This document shows positions 1-12,726 of a stretch of 64,000 bases of DNA, piece after piece. Origin of the DNA: Lytechinus pictus (lineage: Eukaryota); contig NC_087249.1 of the NCBI RefSeq assembly GCF_037042905.1, positions 47,988,001-48,052,000 of the forward strand, read 5' to 3'. The notes beneath the pieces were generated by a model, which was given only the letters and a program-made list of their open reading frames with translations, was not told where the DNA came from and searched no databases. The position numbers and the translations under genes are program-made. Position 1 is the first letter of the stretch, and each line of letters starts with the position of its first letter.

Positions 1-435
1 TCATTTTTTTAATGAATTCTTAAAAAAAAATGAAATCGATAGCGTAGAAATGTCGGAAATGAAGTATCCCATTTACATGATTTAGGGCTAGATCTTTTAG
101 AAGTAGAAATCTCGGGGGCGAAAGTTTGAGGTTTTTTGGCATTACACGCATAATGTATGAATGGGATGGAATCCCTGGCTCCGTGGAGAGTAAGCATACG
201 TTAGTAAATGGTTTTTACTCTAGATAGTCTAGGAGCCTCCTGAGTCCTGGCTAATCTAGACTAGAAGTTATGTCTTAGCTTAGTCTAGAACTAGATCTCT
301 ACTAGAGTCTAGACTCTGGACCTATTTATCGGTCTGGCACCCTGCATCATGTCCTGTCGCCCTTACTGCATCTGTAAAAAGCTGACCCTACACAGTACAC
401 ACTAACCCAGGGAGCTCTGGCCCCAAAGCACTTAC

Positions 436-600
436 CTTGATTATATATATGGATGAAGGTCTATCGTGACACAGAATCCTGACATCGAGGCACAAACTGG
501 ACCCTCAGAAAAAGGAAAGTTCTGTCTCGTTCATTCTCCTTCTTTCAAAATTGAAATCAACATGGCTGATCGATACCGAGAACGAACGCGACATTGAGGT
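436..600 (-). other. Putative non-coding (alternative first) exon of a minus-strand gene running off the left edge
   Basis: Strong AAG|GTAAGT donor at 435, YY1-like CAACATGGCT at 558-567, CpG-rich. Only short uORFs; the 5' boundary is uncertain. Confidence 0.3.
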
Positions 601-875
601 CTAACTAGTAACTTCTCTTTTTTTTGAGGGTCCAGTTTGTGCCTTGATGTCAGGATTCTGTGTCACAATAGACCTTCATCCATATAATCGAGGTACATGT
701 AAGTGCATAATTTATTTTTCCCCCTTTTATTTGGGGTACTATTGCAACCCCATTTTGAAGAGTACCCACGTCTGCCTAGTATTACACGGACGAGTCCTGG
801 GGCTCCAGCCCGCTTCGCAAGCGCCGGAGCTCCCTGGGTTACCTACATGTACACACCACTCAAGGGTTCATTACC

Positions 876-2207
876 GGGCAAGTCCAAGAATTCGCGCGCG
901 TTACGTATGGGACATTTCAGAGGCTTTAATGACCTGAAAAATAGTGTTAAATGACTTTTGATTAGATTAAATACCCTCATGATGGTAGACATTTAGGAGA
1001 AGAATAATCATGCAAAAAATGGTGACATATGACCTTGACCTTTTAGAGAGAAAAGATGTGCCGTTACGTATGGGAGACAGAAAAAAAAACATTTTTTTCA
1101 AGTTGAGAATTCTCTGAAAGTGTTTCATTTGACAACTTGTAACTTAGTGTGACAGAAGTCACAATACTCTAGTATATCTAAGGCAAGTTTCATGTCATAA
1201 GCCAAATCCCTCTAATTACAGACTCTAATTAAACAAATTAATGACATGTTACGTATGGGACATTTTGTCCCCATAGAGAACGTACACAATTTTCCCCATA
1301 ATTAAAAAAATTGAATATAAAATATGGAAATAACAAAAGAGTTTCTTTCATTTAAAATGTTCTATTGAGACATATTTGATATGCCTGAAAAGGAAATTAG
1401 CCATTTCAACATTTTTTTTTCTTGTTTTTCATGGTTTCATGAATTTCTTTAATATGTATTTCTATTGTTTTTCATTTTTTTCATATTTTTCAATTTTCAC
1501 AATTTTTTCACTTCAATTATTTTCATTATTCAGTATTCATAACAAATCAGTCTTTAAAAAGTAAAGAAAAGGTAAATAATCACTTTTTAGAGCACTCTTG
1601 AAATTTGTTTTTCTCCATTCACTTTGTACACAAATCTCCCCATTGATATTATGTGTAAATGTCCCATACATAACATGTTGTCCCATACGTAACATTTTTT
1701 AAATTAACTTTTAATTAAAAAGTAAACTCTATTTTTCAAACTTTTTGTGATTTAACATTTTCATACTTAATAAATTAGAACTTCCCAGAGATGCAACAAT
1801 ACAAGTATTGTATTATGAGAAATAACTTTAAAAAACATCCTCACAATGTTACTTATGGGACATTCCATCCTTGGACAAGACCTAATTTGCATAATTAATT
1901 AGATGACACCACTTTTTTCCCCCCAAAGTAATAAGATGTTAGGGGGTCCATGTCCCACCTATGACTAAATCTCAGAAATTTTGTTATTATTTTCTATGAG
2001 TTTTTGAAATTGTCCCATACGTAACTCCCATTTTACCAATTATGCAAATTAAATGCCCCAAATTAGCATAAATATGCATATTATCACATTTTTCCTAATG
2101 AAATTTTAAAATTCAACATTTGGGCTTTCTTACCCCACCAAAGATAACTTCTTATAAATTAAGGATGAAATTTTGCCTTCTAGGGTGACCTTTTTTTGGA
2201 CTTGCCC
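876..2207. mobile_element. Non-autonomous DNA transposon, Sola2-like
   Basis: TIR GGGCAAGTCCAA / TTGGACTTGCCC with a perfect 4-bp TSD TACC (872-875, 2208-2211). Internal GTTACGTATGGGAC motif repeated ~7 times in both orientations. GRG termini with a 4-bp TSD fit Sola2. Confidence 0.75.
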
Positions 2208-2248
2208 TACCATCTTGCCTGTGGGGAATCTACAGGTAGGACTATGGT

Positions 2249-3430
2249 CAGTGGCGTACCGTGGGTCACGGCATTGGGGGGGCACCAGAAAATTTTTGAG
2301 TCACTTAGTGAGCGCGCTCAGTTGCCAGGTTTACTGACCTAATAGAGACATTTTAAGGACAGTGCCATAAAACAAATATGTATCCCACTGATCAAATAAT
2401 GCGAGCGCGAAGCGCGAGCTGAAAATTTTTGATATTCAGACCTAAAAAGGGACATTATAAGCAAATTTTTGTTATGATGATACGTACCTTTCTCGCTAAA
2501 CAAACAATGAGAGCGCGAAGCGCGAGCTGAAATTTTTGTATATATTAACCCCAAACAGGGACATTTTAAGGACTATATTTTAGGAATCCATTAGGAGTAT
2601 ACATATCTCACCAATCACCATAGTCATCTTATTCGAGTACCAAGCGCTTGCTGATTTTGTACATCTAAACACATGAAGCAATTGCACTCATTGTAATCAT
2701 GATTATCATCTGCATCTCCCTAATCGAGTATTGCAAGGACTTTAGAAGGGAAAATTAAAAAAATTCAGACCTGAAGAGGGGCATTTTAAGGCTTGTTTGT
2801 AGGATTGCGCGAAGACCATACGTATTTTACTATCCAAATTATGCGAGTGCAAAGCGCGAGCTGAAAATTTTTGGTATTCAGATCAGAAAAAGGGACATTT
2901 TAAGGACTGATTTTAGGAATTCATGAAGAGCAGACACATCTCACCAATCTACTGATGCAAACATAAGCACGGACAGGAAATGTTTAATATTAAGACCTTA
3001 TAATGGGGCGATCACTTTAAGTAGTCATGAAAAAGAAGCATAATTATGTCACTATATAAAACAATAATAACTCGAAGTGCGAGAAATATATTTGGCTTAT
3101 ATTGACTTGAAAACGGGAGGTTTGAGTACAACAGGATTATATATCTCGTTAAACAGACAATGCGAGCACCAGGAACAATGAAGACATACATGTAGGCCCT
3201 GAGCAAATTATGTTTCATATAAAGTAATGAAAAAAAAATGTTTCTTATGTAATATAACATTAAACATAACTATAATATAACATTTAAATGAACAATAATT
3301 TCTTCTTTCCCACTACGTTTCTCTTCCTTTCTCGTTCTTTTTCTCCTTTTCCCCCGTTTTTTTTTTTGGCCAGCCGATTGGGGGGGCACGTGCCCCCCCC
3401 CCCCCATGCCCCCCTGTAGTTACGCCACTG
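2249..3430. mobile_element. hAT-like non-autonomous element
   Basis: TIR CAGTGGCGTA / TACGCCACTG, degenerate 8-bp TSD ACTATGGT / ACTATCAT, internal repeats of GCGAGCGCGAAGCGCGAGCTGAAAATTTT. Confidence 0.75.
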
Positions 3431-3665
3431 ACTATCATGGTATGCCAATGCCAATGCCAATACACAGCACACACTTTAAAAAATCATTAAAATCACCAAA
3501 AATACTAATTTCCATACAGTTGCAATTTAGTAACTTGGGAGTAATTTTGTATTCACCAGAGCGCTCGAAAACTTGAAGTTTGGGCATATTTTTTGTACGC
3601 CCTCTATTGTTGGAAAGTAATATGGCAAGACAATTGTCATTTTTCAATACTGAGGTTTTAGCGGG

Positions 3666-3872
3666 TTTTTTTTTTTTTTTTACCTGACTGCTAAGAAAAC
3701 ACGAATGCCTGTGAGCAAGCAACCAGGGGACCAACGGCTTAAGGTCCTCTCCGAGGGACCTGGTAATGAGGATTAATGCCTCTGCAAAGGGCACTAGCGC
3801 ACCACTTGGGAATCGAACCCGGGTCACCGGAATCCGAAACCCCCGCTCTACCGGATGAGCTATCGCGCCTCC
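3666..3872 (-). mobile_element. tRNA-derived SINE (family A)
   Basis: Head GGAGGCGCGATAGCTCATCCGGTAGAGCG...GGTTCGATTCCC with Pol III A and B boxes, body, then a poly(A) tail. A decayed copy lies at 13810-14000. Confidence 0.85.
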
Positions 3873-4679
3873 CTATCTCTATTTTTAATTAAGAAAAAAA
3901 TAATTTAAAGAATCAAATTTACTTAAGAGCCAAGTTTAAAATATATATAAGTTTAATATATTATGATGAATAGCTGTAATGGAAACTGACAGTGTCAAAG
4001 AATCAAGCATTTGTCCCAAAGAAAATGAGAAAATATGCCAAACATTGCCAACCTTATTTCACCACACAGGCCGAGTAGTAACACTAACCTTGTTCACTGA
4101 ATGAGTGGTTATATCATAACCTTGTTCATTGAATGAGTGACACTAACCAGTCGAAGCGCTCGTCCAAAATTGGGATTGTCCCAAAAAACAAGGATATCCT
4201 CATAAACACAAGACAAATCATGTCTTGATAAATTGAGAATGTCCTTGTTTATGGGGACGTTTTTTTTTCACTTCCCCCTACGGGACAAAGACAGCAATGA
4301 ATTACGGGAATTGAGAGTGCTAAAAAAAAAAGATTCAGTCACTCAGTGCATGACCTCAATTCCCTCCAGTTCACCGTCTATTTTTCATGAATTACTGACT
4401 ACTGTCTTCCAATAATCTTGTTATGAAACCTGATATGTTTAGAATTCTACATTGACTAGCACACTTGATTGGTGTTGGCACTTGACAGGTGAATGAACTT
4501 TCCTAGATTTCTTGTGTGAAGACTGAAGGAATCCTTATAAACCCACCTATGGGTACATTACCGCCGCCGTGCACAGGATAACCGCTGGCACGGCACTTGC
4601 AATAAGTTTTTTATTCTTATTTAAAAATTTGAAATTTATCTACATTTTACATGAAGTAAGCTTTGGATATGAAACTTAC

Positions 4680-4763
4680 CGAACGATATGAAGCCAATTT
4701 CAATTCCTCTCTGTCTTTCTGGTACTTTATATCGATGATTTTTCTTGATGTCGAAGCAGGCAT
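4680..4763 (-). CDS. Putative first coding exon of an unidentified gene transcribed divergently from ING (MPASTSRKIIDIKYQKDREELKLASYRS, phase 0)
   Basis: GCCATG start at 4763, 28 open codons ending exactly at a GTAAGT donor (4679), CpG-rich sequence upstream. No downstream exon seen in the window. Confidence 0.45.
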
Positions 4764-6446
4764 GGCCCCGATTAGCTGGTTCTCTCTATACGCACAGAGA
4801 GGGCGCGCGATATTATTAAATAAACTTGCTTGTTTACGTCGTTTACGTCAGATCAGCTGTACTGCTGGCTGCGTTCTAGGCGCTCCGCATTTTTTTCACT
4901 GTTCAGCGTTATTTTATGATGTAGCGCCATCAGCGATTATACGTGACATGCAACCTGTTGATTTTTGGTACAATTTCCTATTATGCGCCGGCGACTTGAA
5001 TCTAGACTGTTCGATAGGAAAAATTCGCATTTCGATTGTTGTTTGCGTAATTTCCACCGCAGTATTAAGGATCGGACGGAGTAACTGGCTGAGATTTGGA
5101 GGTAAGCGTTTAAAATCCATTTTTATAGATAAGTTCGTGCTGATTTTCAAAATTAGATTACATTAATAAGATTAAGATTACTAAATTTAGTATATTGTGA
5201 AGATTTAGGCGTGTTTCATATTCTCACATTCGTGTGATGAATGAAAACGTCAAAATTAGACATTATGAAATGACATGCGTTGTGCGAGGTTAGTAATAGT
5301 ATACTAACCTCGCATGTTGTGTGAGTGTTATAAACCGAGACAGTCCCTGTAATTTGTAAACTGGGACTGAGTCTGACTCTGAGACTGAGTCTGAGTGGGA
5401 CGATCCCAATTTTCTGACCAGCGCCTCAAGGAGTCAAGGCTCAGCTCTACTTTACTAGTACTGCTAACAAAGTAACAGAAAAAAAGGTTATAATAACCTT
5501 GTTCATACTTCAATAGAAGACAAATCTAAAGTCTAAGCTCTAATGACAACGTTATGCCTATGCCTGGCCGGGGAGAGATGCATGGGTGGGGGCATCCCAT
5601 TTACCGGCACCTGCAACTCTTACGCACACATATCCAATGGTATTGTCACAATTCTGTGATCCAGTAATTCCAATTGCACAGGAGCTAAATCCCCAAATAT
5701 CATTATCATTTTCAGACCGTCCTATACCATGTATACCTATTCCTTGCAAATTTGTTCGTCCTCACGTTATAGGGCTAGACACGAATAAAAACAGTGCTAC
5801 TGGAATGATAAGTCTGTAACTGCAAGAAAATAAAGGTAGAAGAAAAAAGGGTGAACACAACTACTTGCCTTCCAAAAGTAAACTGCGGGTCGACTCGTCC
5901 AGTTGCTCTTGCCGGCGCGGCAGGACGTGTGGCCTCCCGTGCAGCGGGATCGCATGATGCAGAGCATGCACTAGCTAGTGCATGCCCCGGCGGCTCCGGC
6001 TGGCCTTCCAATTCCAACGTTGGGTCGGTCCAGCTGTTCCGTATTTCCCGCGACTCTAACTTCCGGGTAAGAATATTCCATTCGGCTAAAATGAAAGTAG
6101 ATATAGTGCGATGATAATAATTTCTTTTTGAAAATATTCTCAATTTTTTTTCCATCTTTTTCAACTTGAATAAGCTTAATGATTAAGGAATTTCTACACT
6201 GAGAAAGAAAAAACATCAAAATTTGATTATTCTCAAAGCTTTGAACTTTTTAACAACAAATAGTTTACCTTCATGAAATGGCACGGTCGAAGATTGACCT
6301 TTCAACTTCATCTAATTACGCATGCGCTGCAGTATTTTAATGTTTGATTCTGCTCAATCAACGTCGTCGGAGCTATGACATTTTGAAAACTACGTTTTCG
6401 AATTTTCATATTATTTCGTTAATCCTGGACTGAATCTGTGATCAAG
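4764..6446. promoter_or_regulatory. Probable bidirectional promoter between ING and the minus-strand gene
   Basis: CpG-rich segments at 4770-5100 and 5880-6070, ETS-type ACTTCCGG at ~6059-6066, NRF1/P3A2-type ACGCATGCGC at ~6318-6327, 22-bp perfect palindrome at 5964-5985. Confidence 0.55.
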
Positions 6447-9208
6447 ATGAGTCATTCGGCTGCAAATATGTACCAAACCACTAGTTATGTAGAAGACTAC
6501 TTGGATTGCATCGAGTCGCTTCCAAATGATCTGCAAAGGAGCGTGTCTCAAATCCGTGAGATCGACAATACGTATCAGAGTAAGTGCTATTTCACACCAA
6601 CGGGAATGTAAGCTGCGCGTCCCCCGGCCTATCGGCTAGCAAGACAAGGCATTCCGCTGATTAACCTCAAATCGCCGCTCCAGATGAAGTCGTCAATCTT
6701 GTCCCAACCCTGGATGCATTGTTTGGCTCTCATTGTCAGTTATTGTCTTTTTTGTAGGGAAGATAACACCAAAAAATTATCCATATATGTCAAAATGAAA
6801 TATATTATCTACGACTACGTGGAATGTTTCTTGGGCACTTGGCTTGGGGTTAATTTGTATGACTATCTATGATGACGTATCTACAGTACTATCTAGATAG
6901 TAGATCTTGTTCATGAATGAGTGGTGTCTCAGTGTCTTTGACACATGTGACTGTGAGGCTGAAAATATGTGTTCTTCTGATGAAACAATTAAGTGATGCC
7001 GACAGCACCACACCATACATGTTACTTAAGTTATCCAACCCTTGGGTAAAACTAAAAGTTACTTTATGCTTAGCCTAACTTAGCTCTGAATAGGGACTAG
7101 CTAGGCTAGCCCTCGGCTCGAGTTATTCTTTTCCTTTTATTTAATTTGTGGCTTTCTTGTCTCGTCATTTAATGGACAAATTCATTCATGATCCTGATGC
7201 CCAGCCATGGCCATGGTAAAATGTGACTAGAAAATATTTCATGTTTCTTGGGGTTTTTGTCTCACCTGCATAGCAGTGTGAGACTATAGGCGCCGCTTTT
7301 CCGACCGCGGCGGCGGCGGCGTCAACACCAAATCTAAACCTAATGAGGTTAAGTTTTTGAAATGACAGCATAACTTAGAAAGTATATGGACCTAGTTCAT
7401 GAAACTTGGCCATAAGGTTAATCAAGTATTACTGAACATCCTGCCTGAGTTTCATGTCACATGACCAAGTTCAAAGGTCATTTAGGGTCAATGAACTGAG
7501 ACCATGTTGGGGGAATCGACATCAAAATCTTAACCTAAGGTTAAGTTTTTGAAATGTCATCATAACTTAGAAAATATATAGACCTAGTTCATGAAACTTA
7601 GACATAAGGTTAATTAAGTATCACTGAACATCCTGCATGAGTTTCACGTCACATGACCAAGGTCAAAGGTCATTTAGGGTCAATGAACTTTGGCCGAATT
7701 GGTGATATCTGTTGAATTACCATCATAACTTTGAAAGTTTATGGATCTGATTCATGAAACTTGGACATAAGAGTAATCAAGTATCACTGAACATCCTGTG
7801 CGAGTTTCAGGTCACATGATCAAGGCCAAAGGTCATGTAAGGTCGATGAACTTTGGCCATGTTGGGGGTACTTGTTGAATTACCATCATATCTCTGTAAG
7901 TGTATTGGTCTAGTTCATAAAACATGGACATAAGAGTAACCAAGTATCACTGAACATCTTGTGCAAGTTATAGTAGTTTTCAAAGTCAGCACTGCTGCTA
8001 TATTGAATCGCGTGATGCAGGTGAGACCGCCAGAGGCATTCCACTTGTTTTATATTGAAATTTAATATTGGGAAGCTGAAAGTATGTGTAGTTGCTGATG
8101 TGACAGCACCACAACTCTCATGATAAATTCCTTTATTCTTTGATAATGATATAATTTTATCGGCATTTTGGTACGGTAACAAAAATATACAGTTGTTACA
8201 GTAGTTAAATTTATTCCCATTTGCAACGTTTCATACCTAGGCAAAAAAACTAATTTGGTGGCTTAAAAAATTTGATTAAATAACCAGGAAGGCAAGTTGG
8301 GTTATATTTTCAGGGAATTTCTGCTTAAGTTATGTTTACTTAATAATGGGATAAAAATAGAACTGATGGTTGGGATGATATTATTTTATTACTGTGAAGG
8401 TTTAAATTGTCCTATGTCAGATAAAAGGTACCCATTATTCAATTGGAGCCATGCACTGATGTAAGAAGCTGACTAACACCAATATTAACACGAAAAGAAG
8501 GCCTAGATCTACACCAAACTTGAAAGAACTTAAAAGCATGAAGCACTTGTAATTATTTTGTTTTTTTCATCTTCAGGTGTTTTGAGAGAAATCAAGCAGC
8601 TCTATGAGACACTGGTGACCAAGGATCTGGACAATCACAACAAACGGCGAACCCTCATCCACCTCCATCGATGTCTCATCCAGAGTCAGGAGCTTGGAGA
8701 CGAGAAGCTCCAGTTTGCATCTCAGATATCGGAGATCGTTGAGAACCGCCTCCGCCAGATGAACATGAATCGCACCCATCTCGAGATCATGGAGAAGCCT
8801 GAGCATCCTCCTGACCCCCCTCCAAAGACGAAGAAGGCTGCCCCAGTGGTCATAGAGCAGGAAGCGCCTGCGGAGAAAGCAAGCAAGCGTTTGAGACGGG
8901 GCCGCAACAGTGATGTCAAGGAGAAAGACAACCACAGGGTGCCGCAGCAGAACGACAACAACCCCAAGGCCAAGAAGAAGAAGCGTAATAAGACTAAGGA
9001 GAGGGACATCTTGCCCATCGATCCTCCCATCGACCCCAACGAACCCACGTACTGTCTTTGCCAGCAAGTCTCTTATGGAGATATGGTTGGATGTGACAAT
9101 AAAGACTGTCCGTATGAATGGTTTCATTTTGGATGCGTTGGACTCTCATCAAAACCCAAAGGCAAGTGGTACTGTCCAAAATGCTTGCCGGAAGTCAAGA
9201 AAAAATGA
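6447..9208 (+). CDS. ING1: Inhibitor of growth protein 1/2-like (ING family PHD finger), 2 exons: 6447-6579 and 8577-9208, 254 aa
   Basis: Exon 1 reads [44 protein letters not shown] (ING N-terminal motif) and ends in phase 1 at GTAAGT (6580). The acceptor TTCAG (8576) restores the frame into VLREIK..., followed by a basic NLS and [53 protein letters not shown]. The two-exon layout matches ING1/ING2; the two paralogs cannot be told apart here. Confidence 0.93.
7254..8049 (+). mobile_element. Helentron-associated (HINE/DINE-1-like) element in the ING intron
   Basis: T-run boundaries, sub-terminal IR GTCTCACCTGCAT (7259) / ATGCAGGTGAGAC (~8015), a (GGC)n tract, and ~3.5 internal tandem units of ~180 bp (CATAACTT...GGTCAAAGGTCA). 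Confidence 0.7.
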
Positions 9209-10152
9209 TCGCCACAGACTAAATTTTTAGAGCCTATTTTACTTTTCAAGCATTTTATTTAATATGTTAGCATCTCGCACAACATGCTACATGTAGATAT
9301 TTGTATAAATATTGTATATAAACTGCATCGAGAGATGAACAATGTACTCGAGGCAATTATTATTTTGTATTTGTAATGACTTATAAAAGCCATGAATCAT
9401 GCCCAGAAAACTCCTCATTCCTAGAGGTAAATGGATGTCCTAGCCTACTTGGGTGATTGCAGTACATGTATGTACAAAATACACAATTTGAAAAAATGAT
9501 TTTACTGAGCGTGGGAAGGGGGGGGGTACTCTTCAGTCTTCACTACTGCGAAACTCAAGCTGCGATACTCCACATTAAAAAGAAACGGCTTGATTGCAAA
9601 CCTTTTTTTATTCAGTTAATACCAGGAGTCCTGTTATTCTCCTTCCTCTCAGGTGCAATACACCGTGTGAACGCCCTACTTCTTGATGAATAGTGTATTG
9701 AAGCTTAGTTTCTATGTACAATGGCTTGCTGATTTGATCAATGATATCATCAGTCATGCAAAGTGAAATCATAAAGCTGAACATTCTCTGTAAACAAGGA
9801 AATTCATCTTTCATTATATACATGTACTCTGTCTTTGGTTATGCAATACTGTGGTTTGTTGTATAGACTTGGATGGGCGTCCATCAAAGTTGGAAATTTC
9901 CTGGAAAATTTACATGTAAGCATTTCTTGCCCAAGTGGGAATTCCTGGGAAAAACTTAGAAATGGCAGGGAAATATGGATGTACATGTACAGGGAGGTAC
10001 TGTGCTTGAGAAACACATGGACAATTCCTGAAAATATTCAGGAAGTAAGTATCTTAGTATTTCCCTGCCCTTATAACTATATTTATTTCCCATTTTTCTA
10101 TTAAAAAAAAAATGATTGAGGCAGTTACCTGTATTTCCCATTCCGGCGAGCT

Positions 10153-10316
10153 CTGGGGAGCGTTTCATCAATATTTTCATCCGACAAGTTGTCAGATCTG
10201 ACATCTATCCATGATTTTGATTGGCTGAGAGGCACTGTTCCTATGGTGAATGTCGGATAAAATGGGACTTGTCGGATAAAACGTCCGACAAGTCCTTTCA
10301 TGAAACGCCCCCCTGG
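10153..10316. mobile_element. Small MITE (related copies at ~27543-27715 and ~43259-43390)
   Basis: TIR GGGGAGCGTTTCAT / ATGAAACGCCCCC; shared internal TGATTGGCTGAGA and GTCAGATCTGACA motifs. Confidence 0.7.
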
Positions 10317-10817
10317 TGTCCATGAATAAAATTTGGGCTCAAGAGCACAACATAGAAAAAGTTAAAATTATGCAATTTCAGTATTGTCCATATATATTAC
10401 TAATTGCTTTCTTTAACAAGGCAATGCTTCATAGCAGGTTATTCTTTCAGGACAATGAATTATGTGAAGGCTATTTGATCGGCTCTTATCCTTTCAATCA
10501 GTTGGCAGCATTTCTAATTTCTATTTCTCTTTATTGCTACATTTTCTTGAAAAAAATTATAGAGATTGATCTGGAGAAAATCCTGACAAGATAATGTCAG
10601 GATTTTAGTAATTTATTGTAATTCTATTTGTTTTATTATGTTGCCATTGAAAACAAGATATTTATACATTGAATTGAACATGGTATTCGAATTGATACTA
10701 GAATACAGGCCAAATTCAAAATAAGAGTCTGCTGTTAAAAGGTCACAGCTCATGTATTAAAATTGGTTTCAAGACAATAGTTTTAAGATGTTGGGCATGA
10801 TTTTTATTTCTGATGTG

Positions 10818-11135
10818 TAATAATAATAGCTACTCCCATAGCGCTTTACAGCGTATTATTACCCCGGTCATCGGATCCTTGCATGCCGCATACAATGTAT
10901 GCACCTTCTCCACTCTCTGGGGAGCATTCCAACAAGAATTCCAAGAATCGATTGCTAGGCATACTGATACTACGTAGGCTTTCGCATCCTACAGGGTACC
11001 TTTAGCACCTGGGTCAAGAGTGGCAATGTGCGGATTAACGCCTTGCCAAAGGACTCTAGACCGCAGTGGGATTCGAACACGCCACCCTCTGTTTTCAAGG
11101 CGAGAGTCAGAACCACTACATGTACACCACGGCTC
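10818..11135 (-). mobile_element. tRNA-derived SINE (family B)
   Basis: Minus-strand head with GTTCGAATCCC B box, central CCACTCTTGACCCAGGTG...GGTACC domain, (TAT)n tail. Related copies at 35000-35304, 41225-41455 and ~55130-55260. Confidence 0.8.
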
Positions 11136-12109
11136 TTTCATGATGTGTACTGTAGTTAGATGCTATTTACAATGTAATGCAGGAAGGGTCTTTTAAAATC
11201 TCCATTCCAGAACAAAGAATTGCAAAATTATTGTGAAGCAGGGACACCCTACATGTCATCCTGTCGGGTCATCAAGTTTCTAGTTCTCAAAGTCCCCATT
11301 CCCATTTACTTCATGAAACAAGTTTAGTGGCAACCGGTTTAACTGGTAATGGGAACGCTCAAAGTGGTCTTGGAAGCGACTTTGGGTGAAATAAAAAAAA
11401 ATTGCTCTAATTAACTAAATAAGGCCCCCAAAATGTAATGTTTTGGTTCACAGACTCTTTATAGGATTCTGATCAAATGTGCTTAAAAAAAAAAAATATC
11501 ACAATTATTTTCTTAGTTATTTTGTTGTTTTCTTAATTTCTTATGTATTTCCTTGGATTTAAACTTTTTCTTTTTAATGTTTTTTTTTTTATTGTTGGAA
11601 ATCTTCAGGGACTTTATTCTGACAATAGATTGATAAAAAGAAAATAAAGAAATTAATTGAGTTTGATCAATTATAGCAGAAATGATGGCACGGTTATGAA
11701 TTTGGGCTAAAAATACTATTTGCATTTGATTTCCACAACAAATATACATTTTTGAGCTATTTTGGGTCTGCATTCACTTACGAAATGTTGCGTAATTTCA
11801 GAACTGTACCCAGAGGTCGCAAATTTGTTCTAAAAAATTACGCAGCGATTTATTTTGAAAATCGCTGAATCGGCCTCCCCCAGTCTTATTTATGGTTAAA
11901 GCTCATATGATGATGTTGATATGGAGTATGTCAATAAAGTATACTTTTAATGTAAACAATACTTGATCTACATTCGATCAATTTCTGTTAAGATACTGCT
12001 ATTTTTATGGATGAAAACTCTTTTGTATCAAGTAAATGTAAACATATTTTTTTAAATGATAACTGGGTCCAGCTTTGAAGAGGATCAGAGAGGAGTAACA
12101 AAGGTGATA

Positions 12110-12300
12110 CAAGAGAGAGAGAGAGAGGGGGGGGGCAGACATTGTGACAAAGTAAAGTTGTGAGAGAGGGAAAGAGAAGTGTGTTAGGATGGGTGTGTGT
12201 GTGAGAGAGAGATAGATAGATAGATAAAACGTGTGAGAGTGAGAGAGCATGTGTGGTGTGTGAGGGGCTGGGTGGAGGGAGAAGAAGAGTAAGAATTTGA
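12110..12300. repeat. (GA)n/(GT)n/(GATA)n low-complexity tract
   Basis: Simple repeats seen directly. Confidence 0.85.
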
Positions 12301-12353
12301 AGGAGCTCATGGGCTTTCCAGTCTAAGAAGAGAGAGGATGGGACACCATTTAT

Positions 12354-12726
12354 TTAAAGGACAAGTCCACCCCAACAAAAAGTTGATTTGAATAAAAAGA
12401 CAAAAATCCAACAAGCATAACACTGAAAATTTCATCAAGCATAACACTGAAAATTTCATCAAATCGGATGTAAAATAAGAGAGTTATGATATTTTTAAAT
12501 TTCGCTTAATTTCACAAAACAGTCATTAGGAGACTGATGATGTCATCCACTCACTATTTCTTTTGTATTTTATTATATGAAATAATAGAATTTTCTCCTA
12601 ATTGTCAAGTGAAACAACAATTAATTCCTTCCTGAACATGTGTAATTACCATTGCTGTTGTCAAATCTGTAAAAAATTAAATATTGTATAATTCGAACAA
12701 TAAATAAAACAAAAGAAATAGTGAGT
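12354..12726 (+). mobile_element. Kolobok-like non-autonomous fragment (related sequence at ~20760-21350 and ~47190-47280)
   Basis: Begins TTAA|AGGACAAGTCCACCCC; CTGATGATGTCAT...CCACT motif shared with ~20942. Right end not seen. Confidence 0.5.

Noticed and set aside
3800-3872. tRNA gene
   Set aside because: A and B boxes are present but the acceptor stem does not close and the sequence continues into a SINE body and poly(A). The same applies to the heads at ~11060-11135 and ~35235-35304.
4663-5166. 167-aa + strand ORF
   Set aside because: Non-ATG start, no domain, and antisense to a better-supported exon and promoter.
8573-9230. Overlapping antisense and alternate-frame ORFs on ING exon 2
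   Set aside because: Shadow ORFs of GC-rich coding sequence with no recognisable motifs. Same for those overlapping the GPCR and the LINEs.
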